From the IMG/VR virus record IMGVR_UViG_3300032254_000255, positions 1-28,147 of that record: a DNA stretch of 28,147 bases, one strand, 5' to 3'. Positions 1-8,293 of the stretch are shown here, one piece after another; position 1 is the stretch's first letter; each line of letters opens with the position of its first letter. Source of the stretch: a virus. Taxonomy: Duplodnaviria > Caudoviricetes. A model generated the notes under the pieces. It was given only the letters and a program-made list of their open reading frames with translations, had not been told where the DNA came from and searched no databases. The position numbers and the translations under genes are program-made.

Positions 1-1020
1 CTAGGTCGAAAGGTTGGACAATTTTCTAAACGCAGACTCGGATAATTTACGCTGATTTGCCCCTTTAGTATATCGGTTAACTTCACTTGATGTCGTGTGC
101 CCCGTCACGCTTTTAATTTCTTCTTCTGTGCATCCGGCGTCGGCTAGTCTGCTAGCGGCGGCTTTTCTTAATCCGTGGCTGCTGCATTGCTTCAGTCCAG
201 CATCATCGCACCACTTTCGCATAACGTTACCGAATCCCTTTGCAGAGTGTGGCTTACCGTGCTCAGTAACAAGAAAGGTCATTTGTCCTGACACGCGGTT
301 CAGTTCCTCTTTTAGTACAGGATGGATAGGGAGCCATAATTCTACGCCGGTCTTTTGCTGGCATACCCTAATAAGCCCGTCTTTCATATGCTGCCTTCCA
401 AGCTTGACAACGTCTGATCGTCGCTGAGCCAGATACAACATCAGATATAGAGCAAGCCTAGCCTTTGAGCCTTTCGGGTGCTTATCTTCATACGCCTTAA
501 TTTCTTCATCCGTCCAAGAATGATGACCTGATGATTTAACCTTGAGCATTTTAACGCATAAGGTCGGATCGTCTGAGCGTATTTCTAAATCTAATGCCAG
601 GCGCATTATTATTTTAAGCTTCTTTAGCAGGTTATTGGCGGCGTTTGGTGTGTGAGCCTTCTTATTCAAAATAGATTTAACGTGCTTCCGCTGCATGCCT
701 GCAACCGTTCTGTGACCATGTTCCTCCTTGAAACGGTCGAGAATACCACGGTAATTAGCCTTGGTGCTGTCTGCAAGGTTCCTATACTCAGGCGACCTGT
801 AATAAATCTCTATAAGGGCGCACATGGTGCCGCTTTTGCTTTTTAGGGCGTCTTTATCCGCGTCACCCTTTAATAAGGCGTGATAAGCCTCCCACCAAGC
901 CGGTGTGCCTAAATCCTCATTTATGTATGCTGACAACCTCCCTTTGCGAAAGCGGCACCGTATTTTCCCGTGCCTATCCTCTACTAGGGTTATATGTTTC
1001 GGTTTTTTACGCCACATCAT
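1..1020 (-). CDS. int: Tyrosine recombinase / phage integrase
   Basis: Catalytic residues R (QRRSD), K (QQKTG), HGLR, GH and Y (VNRYT); stop codon at window base 1-3. Confidence 0.95.
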   Translation of the reverse strand: MMWRKKPKHITLVEDRHGKIRCRFRKGRLSAYINEDLGTPAWWEAYHALLKGDADKDALKSKSGTMCALIEIYYRSPEYRNLADSTKANYRGILDRFKEEHGHRTVAGMQRKHVKSILNKKAHTPNAANNLLKKLKIIMRLALDLEIRSDDPTLCVKMLKVKSSGHHSWTDEEIKAYEDKHPKGSKARLALYLMLYLAQRRSDVVKLGRQHMKDGLIRVCQQKTGVELWLPIHPVLKEELNRVSGQMTFLVTEHGKPHSAKGFGNVMRKWCDDAGLKQCSSHGLRKAAASRLADAGCTEEEIKSVTGHTTSSEVNRYTKGANQRKLSESAFRKLSNLST

Positions 1021-1183
1021 CCCAAGTCCCCTCTTTACCGCGGTCCTCTTTAGGCTTCACGATAACATCATCGGGATGAACTTCCACAATAAATGGAACG
1101 CCTTCTTTTACAGATGCACGATAAGCACCCTGCACAATGCGGGTAATATCGGTTACTGTAAATTTGCAGGCGCGGCGGCTCAT
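1007..1183 (-). CDS. Putative excisionase / small DNA-binding protein, 58 aa (not in ORF track)
   Basis: Translated by hand: MSRRACKFTVTDITRIVQGAYRASVKEGVPFIVEVHPDDVIVKPKEDRGKEGTWDDVA; overlaps int start and is coupled to the upstream stop (TAATG); position typical of xis. Confidence 0.65.
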   Translation of the reverse strand: MSRRACKFTVTDITRIVQGAYRASVKEGVPFIVEVHPDDVIVKPKEDRGKEGTWDDVA

Positions 1184-1362
1184 TATTTACCCTTTCCTAT
1201 CATTTGGTAGAGATTAAAAAGAGAGTCATGAGCAGCCTCTGCTAATTGAAATTCCTTCTTGGTTAGGCCCTCATGCTCAAGAAGCAGCCCTCCAATCATG
1301 TTCATTATTATGCTGGTTCTATCCAAGCATTCATGGCGTCCATATTTATCATTTTGTGTCAT
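1183..1362 (-). CDS. Hypothetical phage protein, 59 aa (not in ORF track)
   Basis: GGAGG RBS; MTQNDKYGRHECLDRTS...LYQMIGKGK; fills operon gap exactly. Confidence 0.7.
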   Translation of the reverse strand: MTQNDKYGRHECLDRTSIIMNMIGGLLLEHEGLTKKEFQLAEAAHDSLFNLYQMIGKGK

Positions 1363-1373
1363 ATAAACCTCCG

Positions 1374-1589
1374 TTACCCTTTCCCTTCAGGGCGCTTGCT
1401 GACACTGTAATTATCGGGGTTCAGAAACTGGTCTATTTCCTCCCCCTCAAGCTGGTTCCAGCCAGCAAGGCGAACTCCCTTACCAGTGGTCATAGCCATA
1501 GGATATTTTAGATAAAGTTCTCGGGTTAATGCCGAAAGCTGATTAGCGTTTTCCGCCTTAAAGGTAACGGTGATAAATAGGTCACTCAT
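1374..1589 (-). CDS. Hypothetical protein
   Basis: AGGAG RBS, tight packing in leftward operon. Confidence 0.65.
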   Translation of the reverse strand: MSDLFITVTFKAENANQLSALTRELYLKYPMAMTTGKGVRLAGWNQLEGEEIDQFLNPDNYSVSKRPEGKG

Positions 1590-1598
1590 ATCTCTCTC

Positions 1599-1901
1599 CT
1601 ATTCTGTGCTTTTGTTGGCATTCTGTAGAAGTTCTAATCGTTGAACTTCAATATCATCAGGTAAACAGCCGTGCTCCCAATCCCAAATAGGCGGAATGCC
1701 CATATCACTGCACCTAAATACATCGCCGTGTTTTTTGCTAAACTTTGCGCAAGCCTTGTGCTTTCGAATGGTGTAAATATCATCATATTTATATGTGCCA
1801 GTGAGATGGTGTTCATGCTTTCTGATAATTCCGTCACAATCATGACATCGGTGTTCTTTGCGGCCCTTCACTTCGTGCATATCAGCAATAATCTCAATCA
1901 T
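1599..1901 (-). CDS. Hypothetical zinc-binding phage protein
   Basis: RKEHRCHDC...HKAC Cys/His pattern; GGAGG RBS. Confidence 0.7.
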   Translation of the reverse strand: MIEIIADMHEVKGRKEHRCHDCDGIIRKHEHHLTGTYKYDDIYTIRKHKACAKFSKKHGDVFRCSDMGIPPIWDWEHGCLPDDIEVQRLELLQNANKSTE

Positions 1902-1978
1902 TGTCGGCCTCCACTGTTGATGCCGTGTTGAGCTAACTTTTGTGTTGCGAGTTCAACGGTAGCCTTTAAATCACTCAT
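1898..1978 (-). CDS. Possible 26-aa minigene
   Basis: AGGAG RBS, MSDLKATVELATQKLAQHGINSGGRQ, ATGA overlap with the next gene. Confidence 0.4.
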   Translation of the reverse strand: MSDLKATVELATQKLAQHGINSGGRQ

Positions 1979-1987
1979 TTTTATCTC

Positions 1988-2428
1988 CTAAAATGGTATT
2001 GAATCGTCTAAATCACCGCCACCAAAGCCCTGATCGCTGCCACCTTGAGCACCGTCATTAAAGCTGCCAGTATCACCTTTACCGCCAAGCATGGTTAGCT
2101 CGCCCCGGTAACGTTGCAGCACTATTTCCGTTGTATATTTCTCTTGGCCTGATTGGTCGGTCCATTTACGGGTTTGAAGCTGCCCTTCAATATAGACGGT
2201 CGAGCCTTTCTTCAGGTAGTTTTGCGCGACCTTGGCAAGTGTCTCATTGAAAATCACCACGCGGTTCCATTCAGTACGTTCTTTGCGCTCACCTGTTGAA
2301 CGGTCTTTCCAACTTTCACCTGTGGCGATAGATAGATTAACAACGATCGAGCCGTCCTGCATGGTCCTGACTTCGGGGTCACGGCCCAAATTTCCAACCA
2401 AAATTACTTTATTGATACTACCGCTCAT
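1988..2428 (-). CDS. ssb: Single-stranded DNA-binding protein
   Basis: [31 protein letters not shown], acidic C-terminus DDSIPF. Confidence 0.97.
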   Translation of the reverse strand: MSGSINKVILVGNLGRDPEVRTMQDGSIVVNLSIATGESWKDRSTGERKERTEWNRVVIFNETLAKVAQNYLKKGSTVYIEGQLQTRKWTDQSGQEKYTTEIVLQRYRGELTMLGGKGDTGSFNDGAQGGSDQGFGGGDLDDSIPF

Positions 2429-2649
2429 TATTTTACGTCCTTGTCGGCCTTAACGGTCACAATATCTATATTAACAACCTCAGGCTTTGTTTGCGGGGCA
2501 ACTATCCCCGATTTCATAAGTTGCATTAGCCTTGCTATCACGCCTCGCGCTGTAGCCTTGTGCGTGTCTGGGCACACGTTGCCCTCATCATCGGATTGGG
2601 TTAAAACCCAACCATCTGCAACTTCTTGGATAACAAATTTGTTCATCAC
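2428..2649 (-). CDS. Hypothetical protein
   Basis: Coupled to ssb start (TAATG). Confidence 0.6.
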   Translation of the reverse strand: MMNKFVIQEVADGWVLTQSDDEGNVCPDTHKATARGVIARLMQLMKSGIVAPQTKPEVVNIDIVTVKADKDVK

Positions 2650-2681
2650 TCATTCCTTTCTTGATACTTCCAACCATTTAG

Positions 2682-3092
2682 TTATTCCTTATTAGCTTGC
2701 GTTTGGTGGTAGTGAGCAGCTTCTAAAAGCTGTGATATTTGATTAGACATATCTATCGTTTTCACCTTTAAACCGCCCTCAAGAAGAAGTGGTCGATTAG
2801 CCATTCTTGAATCAGAACAAACATCCTTAATCTGATTTTTTAACTCCTTGAGCTGGCTGTCAGTAAGAGACGCCTCTGCATCATCAAGGTAAAAAACAAC
2901 CATGCCAGTTTGCTTGTAAATTCCATCGAGCGCCCTCATGCATTGTTCGTAGGCTATTGCGTGGTCAAATTTTGGTGGACTATCAAGTTTACGCTCCAAC
3001 CCGTCGATCCGTTCTTTTAAACATAGAATGCCGTTTTCCGCTGTTGCACTGTAATCATCTATCGCAGCTTTAAGGTCTGGATCTTCCATCAT
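2682..3092 (-). CDS. Early protein containing a portal stem/clip-like segment
   Basis: Residues 68-124 align by eye with residues 207-261 of the portal at 21456..22667; contains the HK97-portal-like signature RPLLLEGGLK. Confidence 0.75.
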   Translation of the reverse strand: MMEDPDLKAAIDDYSATAENGILCLKERIDGLERKLDSPPKFDHAIAYEQCMRALDGIYKQTGMVVFYLDDAEASLTDSQLKELKNQIKDVCSDSRMANRPLLLEGGLKVKTIDMSNQISQLLEAAHYHQTQANKE

Positions 3093-3129
3093 CGATTCCT
3101 TTGTATGTCTTCAGGGTGTGGCGTAATCA

Positions 3130-3582
3130 TCACACCGCCCTTTCTTTTTTCCACTGTTCAACAAGCGCTTGCACGTCGAACTGTAAATCTGTTTCGATAA
3201 TGCCCATTGCTTTCTCGAAGTACTCAGAGAACGCCGCTTGATCCATCTTACTAAAGGCTGTGCTGTCTCGGTCCCATGTCACATGCCATTCGCCGTTTGG
3301 CTGTACGATTATTCGCTTTTCACACATGCCTAACTGCATAAGAATTGCTTCATGCAAGGCAGTGGAATCGTTGTATTTTTCCGTGTTGTGCGCCGCTTCC
3401 CCGAGTATGGACCAGTACATACAATGGTGCTTGCCGTTACGGGGCTGCTTAGGGTCAAGCCTTACGGGGGAGTCTGCATTTATACGCTCTAACCATGCCT
3501 CACTTTCACGCGTGCAGGGTAAGAGCATACAATGCCCGTTAGCATGGACCTTGCGACTCCATATTTTAGGCTTGCGGGTCAT
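3130..3582 (-). CDS. DUF1367/NinB-like phage protein
   Basis: PRNGKHH..YW and STAFSKMDQAAFSEYF motifs; adjacent to recombinase. Confidence 0.7.
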   Translation of the reverse strand: MTRKPKIWSRKVHANGHCMLLPCTRESEAWLERINADSPVRLDPKQPRNGKHHCMYWSILGEAAHNTEKYNDSTALHEAILMQLGMCEKRIIVQPNGEWHVTWDRDSTAFSKMDQAAFSEYFEKAMGIIETDLQFDVQALVEQWKKERAV

Positions 3583-4544
3583 GCTTGAGATAGTTTCTCT
3601 ATTGTTAACTCAAGCACCTTTTTAATCTGAAGGGCGTCGCTTTGATGTTGTGCCCAAAAGGATTGCAAACCTGCTTTGTTGCGGTTTTTCCACGCGGTTA
3701 ATTCTGTTGCGCTCTCACTCTCTTTAAAGAAGGAAAAGCACTTGTCTGCAAATTCACCTACAGGGACATTCTGAAGCTCTTCACCTGCACGCCACTGAAT
3801 CATAATATTATTATGTGCGCCAACGTATTTTAGGCGTTCTGTTTTTGCGTGGTCTTCCACAATGTCAGAGGCGTTTGCTGTTTCGGCTTGGTGCATTTCT
3901 TCACGAACATAAATGCCCGACATATCTTCAGGCCACCCTTTGCGAAGAGCTTGAGCTTCTGCACATTTTGCCAGCATGATATTAGGCATTTTCCGCCAAA
4001 AGCTGTTCTTAGGGTCTAAGGTAAATTCACCTGTAGGACGCTTCTCTTTTTTAGGCTTTCCGCTATCCTGCCAAACGTCACCCGTATCAACCCATTCTAC
4101 GCCTTCTATAAGCGGCGCGAACTCTTCCCAATAGGCTTGACCTGATATTTGATACCAGTGTCCATCAGCGCCAAGCTTCCAAGGCTTGACGGTTGCGCTT
4201 ACAATGCCTCGTGGGTTTGTTTTTGGGTCTTTGTAGGATTCATCAAGGATTATTTCAGGCGGGTTTTCGTCCGGCCTGTAGTTACCAGCTCGCGCAGCAA
4301 TAGCTCGTAAGCCGTCAATTGCTGTAATCAGGACCATTTGCCGCTTGTCTACCTTATCCTTATTGTAAATGACGGCGTTTATCTGTCTACGGAACGGGTC
4401 GAGGCCAACGCGCTTGCAAACTGCAATGAACATATCAAATTCATCGCGGTTACAGTCTTTAGCAACCGTGCGCTTGACTAAGTCTAACTGTGGCGCTGTA
4501 AGGTCGTGCGAGCGTTCTGGCTGTAGTGCTACTACATTATTCAT
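3579..4544 (-). CDS. bet: Phage single-strand annealing recombinase (Bet/RecT family)
   Basis: GLDPFRRQI, IDGLRAIAAR, WRKMPNIMLAKCAEAQALRKGWP motifs. Confidence 0.9.
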   Translation of the reverse strand: MNNVVALQPERSHDLTAPQLDLVKRTVAKDCNRDEFDMFIAVCKRVGLDPFRRQINAVIYNKDKVDKRQMVLITAIDGLRAIAARAGNYRPDENPPEIILDESYKDPKTNPRGIVSATVKPWKLGADGHWYQISGQAYWEEFAPLIEGVEWVDTGDVWQDSGKPKKEKRPTGEFTLDPKNSFWRKMPNIMLAKCAEAQALRKGWPEDMSGIYVREEMHQAETANASDIVEDHAKTERLKYVGAHNNIMIQWRAGEELQNVPVGEFADKCFSFFKESESATELTAWKNRNKAGLQSFWAQHQSDALQIKKVLELTIEKLSQA

Positions 4545-4545
4545 T

Positions 4546-5049
4546 TTATAATATCCTCGTGCTTAGGGCTATGCCGCCGTTTGATAATTGTGCGCCGGGA
4601 ACCTCGCCGTCTTTCAAGGCGTCCTTGAGTGCTTTCTTGTCTAAAACAGGGTCTGGCTGTTTCCAGTAACTGGACGGAATTTCGCTTTCATCATTGATAA
4701 TGACTTTCGGCGGCGTGCTGCGTTTCGATATAGTGAAAAGGGAGCTTTTCAAGCTGCTAATATCGGCGCGCTCCATCGTGGAAAGGATAATAGAATCCTT
4801 AGTTTCTATAGTTTTCTGGATGCGGGATTTGCGGCCTTGTAGGTCTGAAATATAGGTGTCTAACCCCTTAACCGCCGCTTTGTCTTCAAGGGCACTTTCT
4901 TTAATGGCGCACAACACCTCTACAAGCTCAGTTTCGCCATCAAGGGTGTCAAATAGCGTTTGCGGGTCTAGGTCTTCACCTGCAAGCATTTCCTTGACTT
5001 GCTCCCACGATTTAAGCTCTTTGCTTATCTTTGTGGTGTTATATGTCAT
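4546..5049 (-). CDS. Siphovirus Gp157 family protein
   Basis: Coiled coil followed by IPSSYWKQPDPVLDKKALKDALKDGEVPGAQL. Confidence 0.85.
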   Translation of the reverse strand: MTYNTTKISKELKSWEQVKEMLAGEDLDPQTLFDTLDGETELVEVLCAIKESALEDKAAVKGLDTYISDLQGRKSRIQKTIETKDSIILSTMERADISSLKSSLFTISKRSTPPKVIINDESEIPSSYWKQPDPVLDKKALKDALKDGEVPGAQLSNGGIALSTRIL

Positions 5050-5402
5050 TTCTCAGTCTCCAATCTCTGTGATACCGCCCATTCTCTTTCAGCCCATTCT
5101 CGAAGGTTGAACCCGAGCAACTCATTAAACTTGTCAAACCCTATAACGTGTCGTGCGTTCTTGCCCGTCTGGTGGTCGCAAGGACATAAGGGCGCTACAT
5201 ATCTATGGTCGCGCTTTCCAACTGGTTTGCCGCGTTCGTGGTGAACACAAGCCCTAGCGCCACACACTAAACAGCCCATAGCCGCAATTCTGTTATGGTG
5301 GCGTTTTTCAGCAGCGTTTGCTGGACGCGCTTGGCTGTCCTTTATCCGGTTATGGTTGGGTGCTTTGGGGATAAGGAGGGTATGGGCTGGTGCCTTAGTC
5401 AT
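5046..5402 (-). CDS. Ref/DUF968-like HNH-fold nuclease
   Basis: GCLVCG..VHH..PLC..DHQTG..HVIG..F pattern. Confidence 0.7.
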   Translation of the reverse strand: MTKAPAHTLLIPKAPNHNRIKDSQARPANAAEKRHHNRIAAMGCLVCGARACVHHERGKPVGKRDHRYVAPLCPCDHQTGKNARHVIGFDKFNELLGFNLREWAEREWAVSQRLETEK

Positions 5403-5670
5403 TTCTAGCCTCCGACTGAAGCGACTGAATAACTTTAACGGACTTCAATTTCCTTAATGCGCGGTGAAACCTTTTCCCGTTTCTATAGCCAAATTTCATT
5501 TCAAATGGCGCATACACTCCGGCATGAAATGGGCCATTTGAGGCCCAATAGACAATGTTACCCACGCGATCAGTCATTGTAAGTTCTTTCACCAAAAACC
5601 GATCTGGATTTTCGGACATTGCGACTATCAACTCAGTAACCGCGTCATTGATATCTAAGCACTTGCTCAT
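5395..5670 (-). CDS. Hypothetical protein
   Basis: Overlaps the next gene start; operon packing. Confidence 0.6.
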   Translation of the reverse strand: MSKCLDINDAVTELIVAMSENPDRFLVKELTMTDRVGNIVYWASNGPFHAGVYAPFEMKFGYRNGKRFHRALRKLKSVKVIQSLQSEARND

Positions 5671-5748
5671 ATCAAATACCCTTCATTAGGCTGTAGTGTT
5701 TGTGGTGTGGAGGGTGTCAATTTTGCTCGATTTGCTCATATCTCTCTC

Positions 5749-6075
5749 CTAATAATCCGCTGGCACATCGCCAGACACTTCCTGCCAGTATTGGCGGTTG
5801 TACTTGGCGGTTTCGTATGTCTGAGAGCTAACCTTGTTTGGAAACCGCTCCATATATTGAAGGTCGCGGGCCGTAGGTATTAGACGAAACACGGGCTTGC
5901 CATTGTCATTTATAAAATGATGAGTTTTTGAACCGCACTTGCAGTCCGTAGTGACAGAACCTAGTGTTTTTGTGTTGACATATTCCTCAAGGAAGCCGCA
6001 GCGCGGACATGTGAAACACGCACCTACATCATGTCGAAAAGTGTTATAAGTTCTGTCAACCTTAGACTCGCTCAT
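5749..6075 (-). CDS. Hypothetical zinc-ribbon protein (start revised to MSESKVDR)
   Basis: CPRCG..CKCG; ATG at 6075 forms an ATGA overlap with the upstream small gene. Confidence 0.6.
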   Translation of the reverse strand: MSESKVDRTYNTFRHDVGACFTCPRCGFLEEYVNTKTLGSVTTDCKCGSKTHHFINDNGKPVFRLIPTARDLQYMERFPNKVSSQTYETAKYNRQYWQEVSGDVPADY

Positions 6076-6239
6076 ATCTGCCCCCTGAGCAAAGCATCCA
6101 GAAACGCACCGCCCCAAACCAACACCACGAACAAAACAACCACATAAACAGCCCCCGCAAGGTTCCACAGCTTTTGACGTGCAGTGAGGGGCGTTACTGT
6201 CTTTAACCACTGATCGCGGATTATGTTGTAGGTGTTCAT
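6072..6239 (-). CDS. Small single-TM membrane protein, 55 aa (not in ORF track)
   Basis: MNTYNIIRDQWLKTVTPLTARQKLWNLAGAVYVVVLFVVLVWGGAFLDALLRGQI; coupled at both ends. Confidence 0.65.
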   Translation of the reverse strand: MNTYNIIRDQWLKTVTPLTARQKLWNLAGAVYVVVLFVVLVWGGAFLDALLRGQI

Positions 6240-6589
6240 TAGTCTGCCACCCGCCGAGCTTGTTGTGCGAAAGGGTCATATTCACGACTTATGCGAAACT
6301 CGTAAAAACCCTCGGGCAAACTGAATCCGTCGTGCGGTGTTGCGGCATCCTGAACCAACTCAGCGTCGCCGCTTACAATGCCGTAAAGAATTTGCATGCC
6401 AGACGGTACGTCTTGACGCTCAATGACAGCTACATTGTCACCGACTAAAAGGTGGTGATTTCCGTTTTCGCTGTGACTGATAATAAAACCTTTTTGTCCT
6501 TTGTCGGTAGCTTCGGCCTGCATGTCGGCGGGCAGTGCGTCAATTTTAACGATACGAATTTCACCTTGATGTCCGATAACTTGTTTCAT
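6239..6589 (-). CDS. Conserved His-rich hypothetical protein (QG[D/E] family, partner of DUF6745 proteins)
   Basis: HQGEI..HSENGNHH..HDGFSLPEGFYEFRISREYDP..RRVAD; start revised to MKQVIG with AAGGA RBS. Confidence 0.75.
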   Translation of the reverse strand: MKQVIGHQGEIRIVKIDALPADMQAEATDKGQKGFIISHSENGNHHLLVGDNVAVIERQDVPSGMQILYGIVSGDAELVQDAATPHDGFSLPEGFYEFRISREYDPFAQQARRVAD

Positions 6590-6591
6590 TT

Positions 6592-7683
6592 TTAAGTCCT
6601 TTTTTCTGGATGAATATAATCTGATTGCGGGTCGCCTATGCGCCAAGCTTGCGCTGCAATGGCGGTATCAATCGGCAAGCCGTCTATATCGGATATGTAG
6701 GGGACACCTTCGCATATTGTGCCGTTTCTAGGGCATTCAGCCTTCAGAAAGCGCCCCGGTTCTGGGAGACCCGGTAAAGCCAATTCTATTAATTGACCTA
6801 TATCTGGATTACCGCTGTCATGGATCACCTTGGCGTCAAGAACACTAAGCATTTTAGGCCAGCCAATAATCGCCGCACCGGCCGCCCGCTGTTCCACGTT
6901 TTCAGTTCTTAAAACCTCTAACGGCGACAGATTTTCCTTGTCCTCTATCCAGTGTGCGGGAACAGATGTTCCGTGCCAATTATAGACCTTGTAACCATCT
7001 GAGAACTCTATAGTTGGCCCCGTTTCGTTATGAGGGCGACCGTCATTATCGAACGCCAAGGTAGTAGGTCGATCACAGACAAAAGCAACGTTTTGATAGA
7101 AATAACCCCAGCCGCAAGTTTCTGCATAACGCCAGTAAGCGTCAAAGTGCTGCTGCCGTTCATACGTAACACCAATCATTTGGCCAAACTTATAAAATGC
7201 AAGCCACGGCATATCTTGACCACCCAAAAAGTATGTATATTCATAAGCGCGCCTGAGGTTTTCCCCGAGGTTTTCCCCGAGGTTGTCCCCGAGGTTGTCC
7301 CCGAGGTTGTCCCAGAGGTTGTCCCCGAGGTTGTCCCAGAGGTTGTCCCCGAGGTTGTCCCCGAGGTTGTCCCAGAGGTTGTCCCTGAGGTTGGCTCCGA
7401 GGTTGTCCCCGAGGTTGTCCCCGAGGTTGGCCTTGAGGTTGTCCCCGAGGTTGTCCCCGAGGTTGGTGTTCCTCAAAATAGCGCGCATTAGCAACGCCTG
7501 AGCTGGTGATTGGCACACGAATATCATTTTTGGCGCTTCAAGACCTGCTTCGGTGTATAGGTTGGATACCGCATCTTTCGCTTCATTTTTATCTATAGGT
7601 TCAGTTGATAAACCAATGGCGCGACACTGCTCTCTAAAAACAGGCAGTAAAGCCTCTTGTTCTGCGGTTAATTCGGTTATCAT
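6592..7683 (-). CDS. DUF6745-like protein with internal tetrapeptide repeats
   Basis: [36 protein letters not shown] and ENVEQR motifs. Confidence 0.8.
   Translation of the reverse strand: MITELTAEQEALLPVFREQCRAIGLSTEPIDKNEAKDAVSNLYTEAGLEAPKMIFVCQSPAQALLMRAILRNTNLGDNLGDNLKANLGDNLGDNLGANLRDNLWDNLGDNLGDNLWDNLGDNLWDNLGDNLGDNLGENLGENLRRAYEYTYFLGGQDMPWLAFYKFGQMIGVTYERQQHFDAYWRYAETCGWGYFYQNVAFVCDRPTTLAFDNDGRPHNETGPTIEFSDGYKVYNWHGTSVPAHWIEDKENLSPLEVLRTENVEQRAAGAAIIGWPKMLSVLDAKVIHDSGNPDIGQLIELALPGLPEPGRFLKAECPRNGTICEGVPYISDIDGLPIDTAIAAQAWRIGDPQSDYIHPEKRT
7249..7464 (-). repeat. 18 x 12-bp tandem repeat (consensus AACCTCGGGGAC, encoding NLGD)
   Basis: GAGGTT recurs every 12 nt from 7255 to 7459 on the + strand. 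Confidence 0.97.
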
Positions 7684-7688
7684 TGTCT

Positions 7689-7964
7689 TTACTCCGCCTC
7701 AATTTTCAGCGCTGAAATCTCTTGATCAAACTCGTAGTCAACATCTGTAAACAGGTCTTCAACACCGTCTTTCACAGACTTAACTGCACCGAATTTTGCG
7801 TCGTCGGAAAGGTCGCTCGCTTGTATGATTTCCTTCATTGCAGCTTCATAAGCTTGCGTGAGGGCCTGGGCTGTCTTGCGGCTGTCTTCCATTGAGCTTG
7901 TGCGGCAATTAAAGTTAATTGCGCAAAAGCGTTCCTGCTGTTTTATGTCTGACTGTTTGTTCAT
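7689..7964 (-). CDS. Hypothetical protein, first gene of the PL operon
   Basis: GGGGA RBS; first ORF after PL leader. Confidence 0.7.
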   Translation of the reverse strand: MNKQSDIKQQERFCAINFNCRTSSMEDSRKTAQALTQAYEAAMKEIIQASDLSDDAKFGAVKSVKDGVEDLFTDVDYEFDQEISALKIEAE

Positions 7965-8080
7965 CTTCTATCCCCGTTGGCCTGTTAGGGCGGCTCTTAA
8001 TGCCGTAGCGATTGATACCGCCCTCTTTAGGCTTAGTGCAGCGAGATTGACGTGGTCGCTTCGTCGCTGCTGATGGGTAC

Positions 8081-8109
8081 ACAATACGAAAAACGTATAT
8101 TTATGTCAA
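8081..8109 (-). promoter_or_regulatory. PL-like sigma70 promoter with overlapping operator
   Basis: TTGACA-N17-TATTGT; palindrome ATACG-AAAAA-CGTAT at 8084..8098; second site GAACG-ATATT-CGTAT at 8119..8133. Confidence 0.85.
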
Positions 8110-8170
8110 CACTTAAAAGAACGATATTCGTATATTAATTGCATAAATGTTACGGAATGGGATTTGTGAC

Positions 8171-8204
8171 AAAGAAAAAGCCCCGGCTATTAACAGAGGC
8201 TTTC
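8171..8204 (-). terminator. Intrinsic terminator of the cI operon
   Basis: AAAGCCTC..GGGGCTTT hairpin followed by a T-rich tail on the - strand. Confidence 0.75.
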
Positions 8205-8293
8205 GTGTGATGTCTGCGTCATATCAAAACTTGCTATCGTTAGCAGATATGGTGGCCCTGATGGGGTCTAATGTAATTCTTGAGCGCGTGCCA

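Noticed and set aside
1-60. att site
   Set aside because: Window ends at the integrase stop codon; no flanking DNA to assess
5749-6285. 178-aa version of this ORF
   Set aside because: N-terminal extension overlaps a better-coupled 55-aa TM gene; start moved to 6075
7249-7464. CRISPR array or DGR variable repeat
   Set aside because: No spacers or cas genes; no reverse transcriptase or template repeat in the window, and the AAC codons are invariant
7030-7516. Alternative ORFs with PEVV, GQPR and LSPR repeats
   Set aside because: Shadow frames of the stop-free 12-bp repeat; only the NLGD frame is continuous with conserved flanking domains
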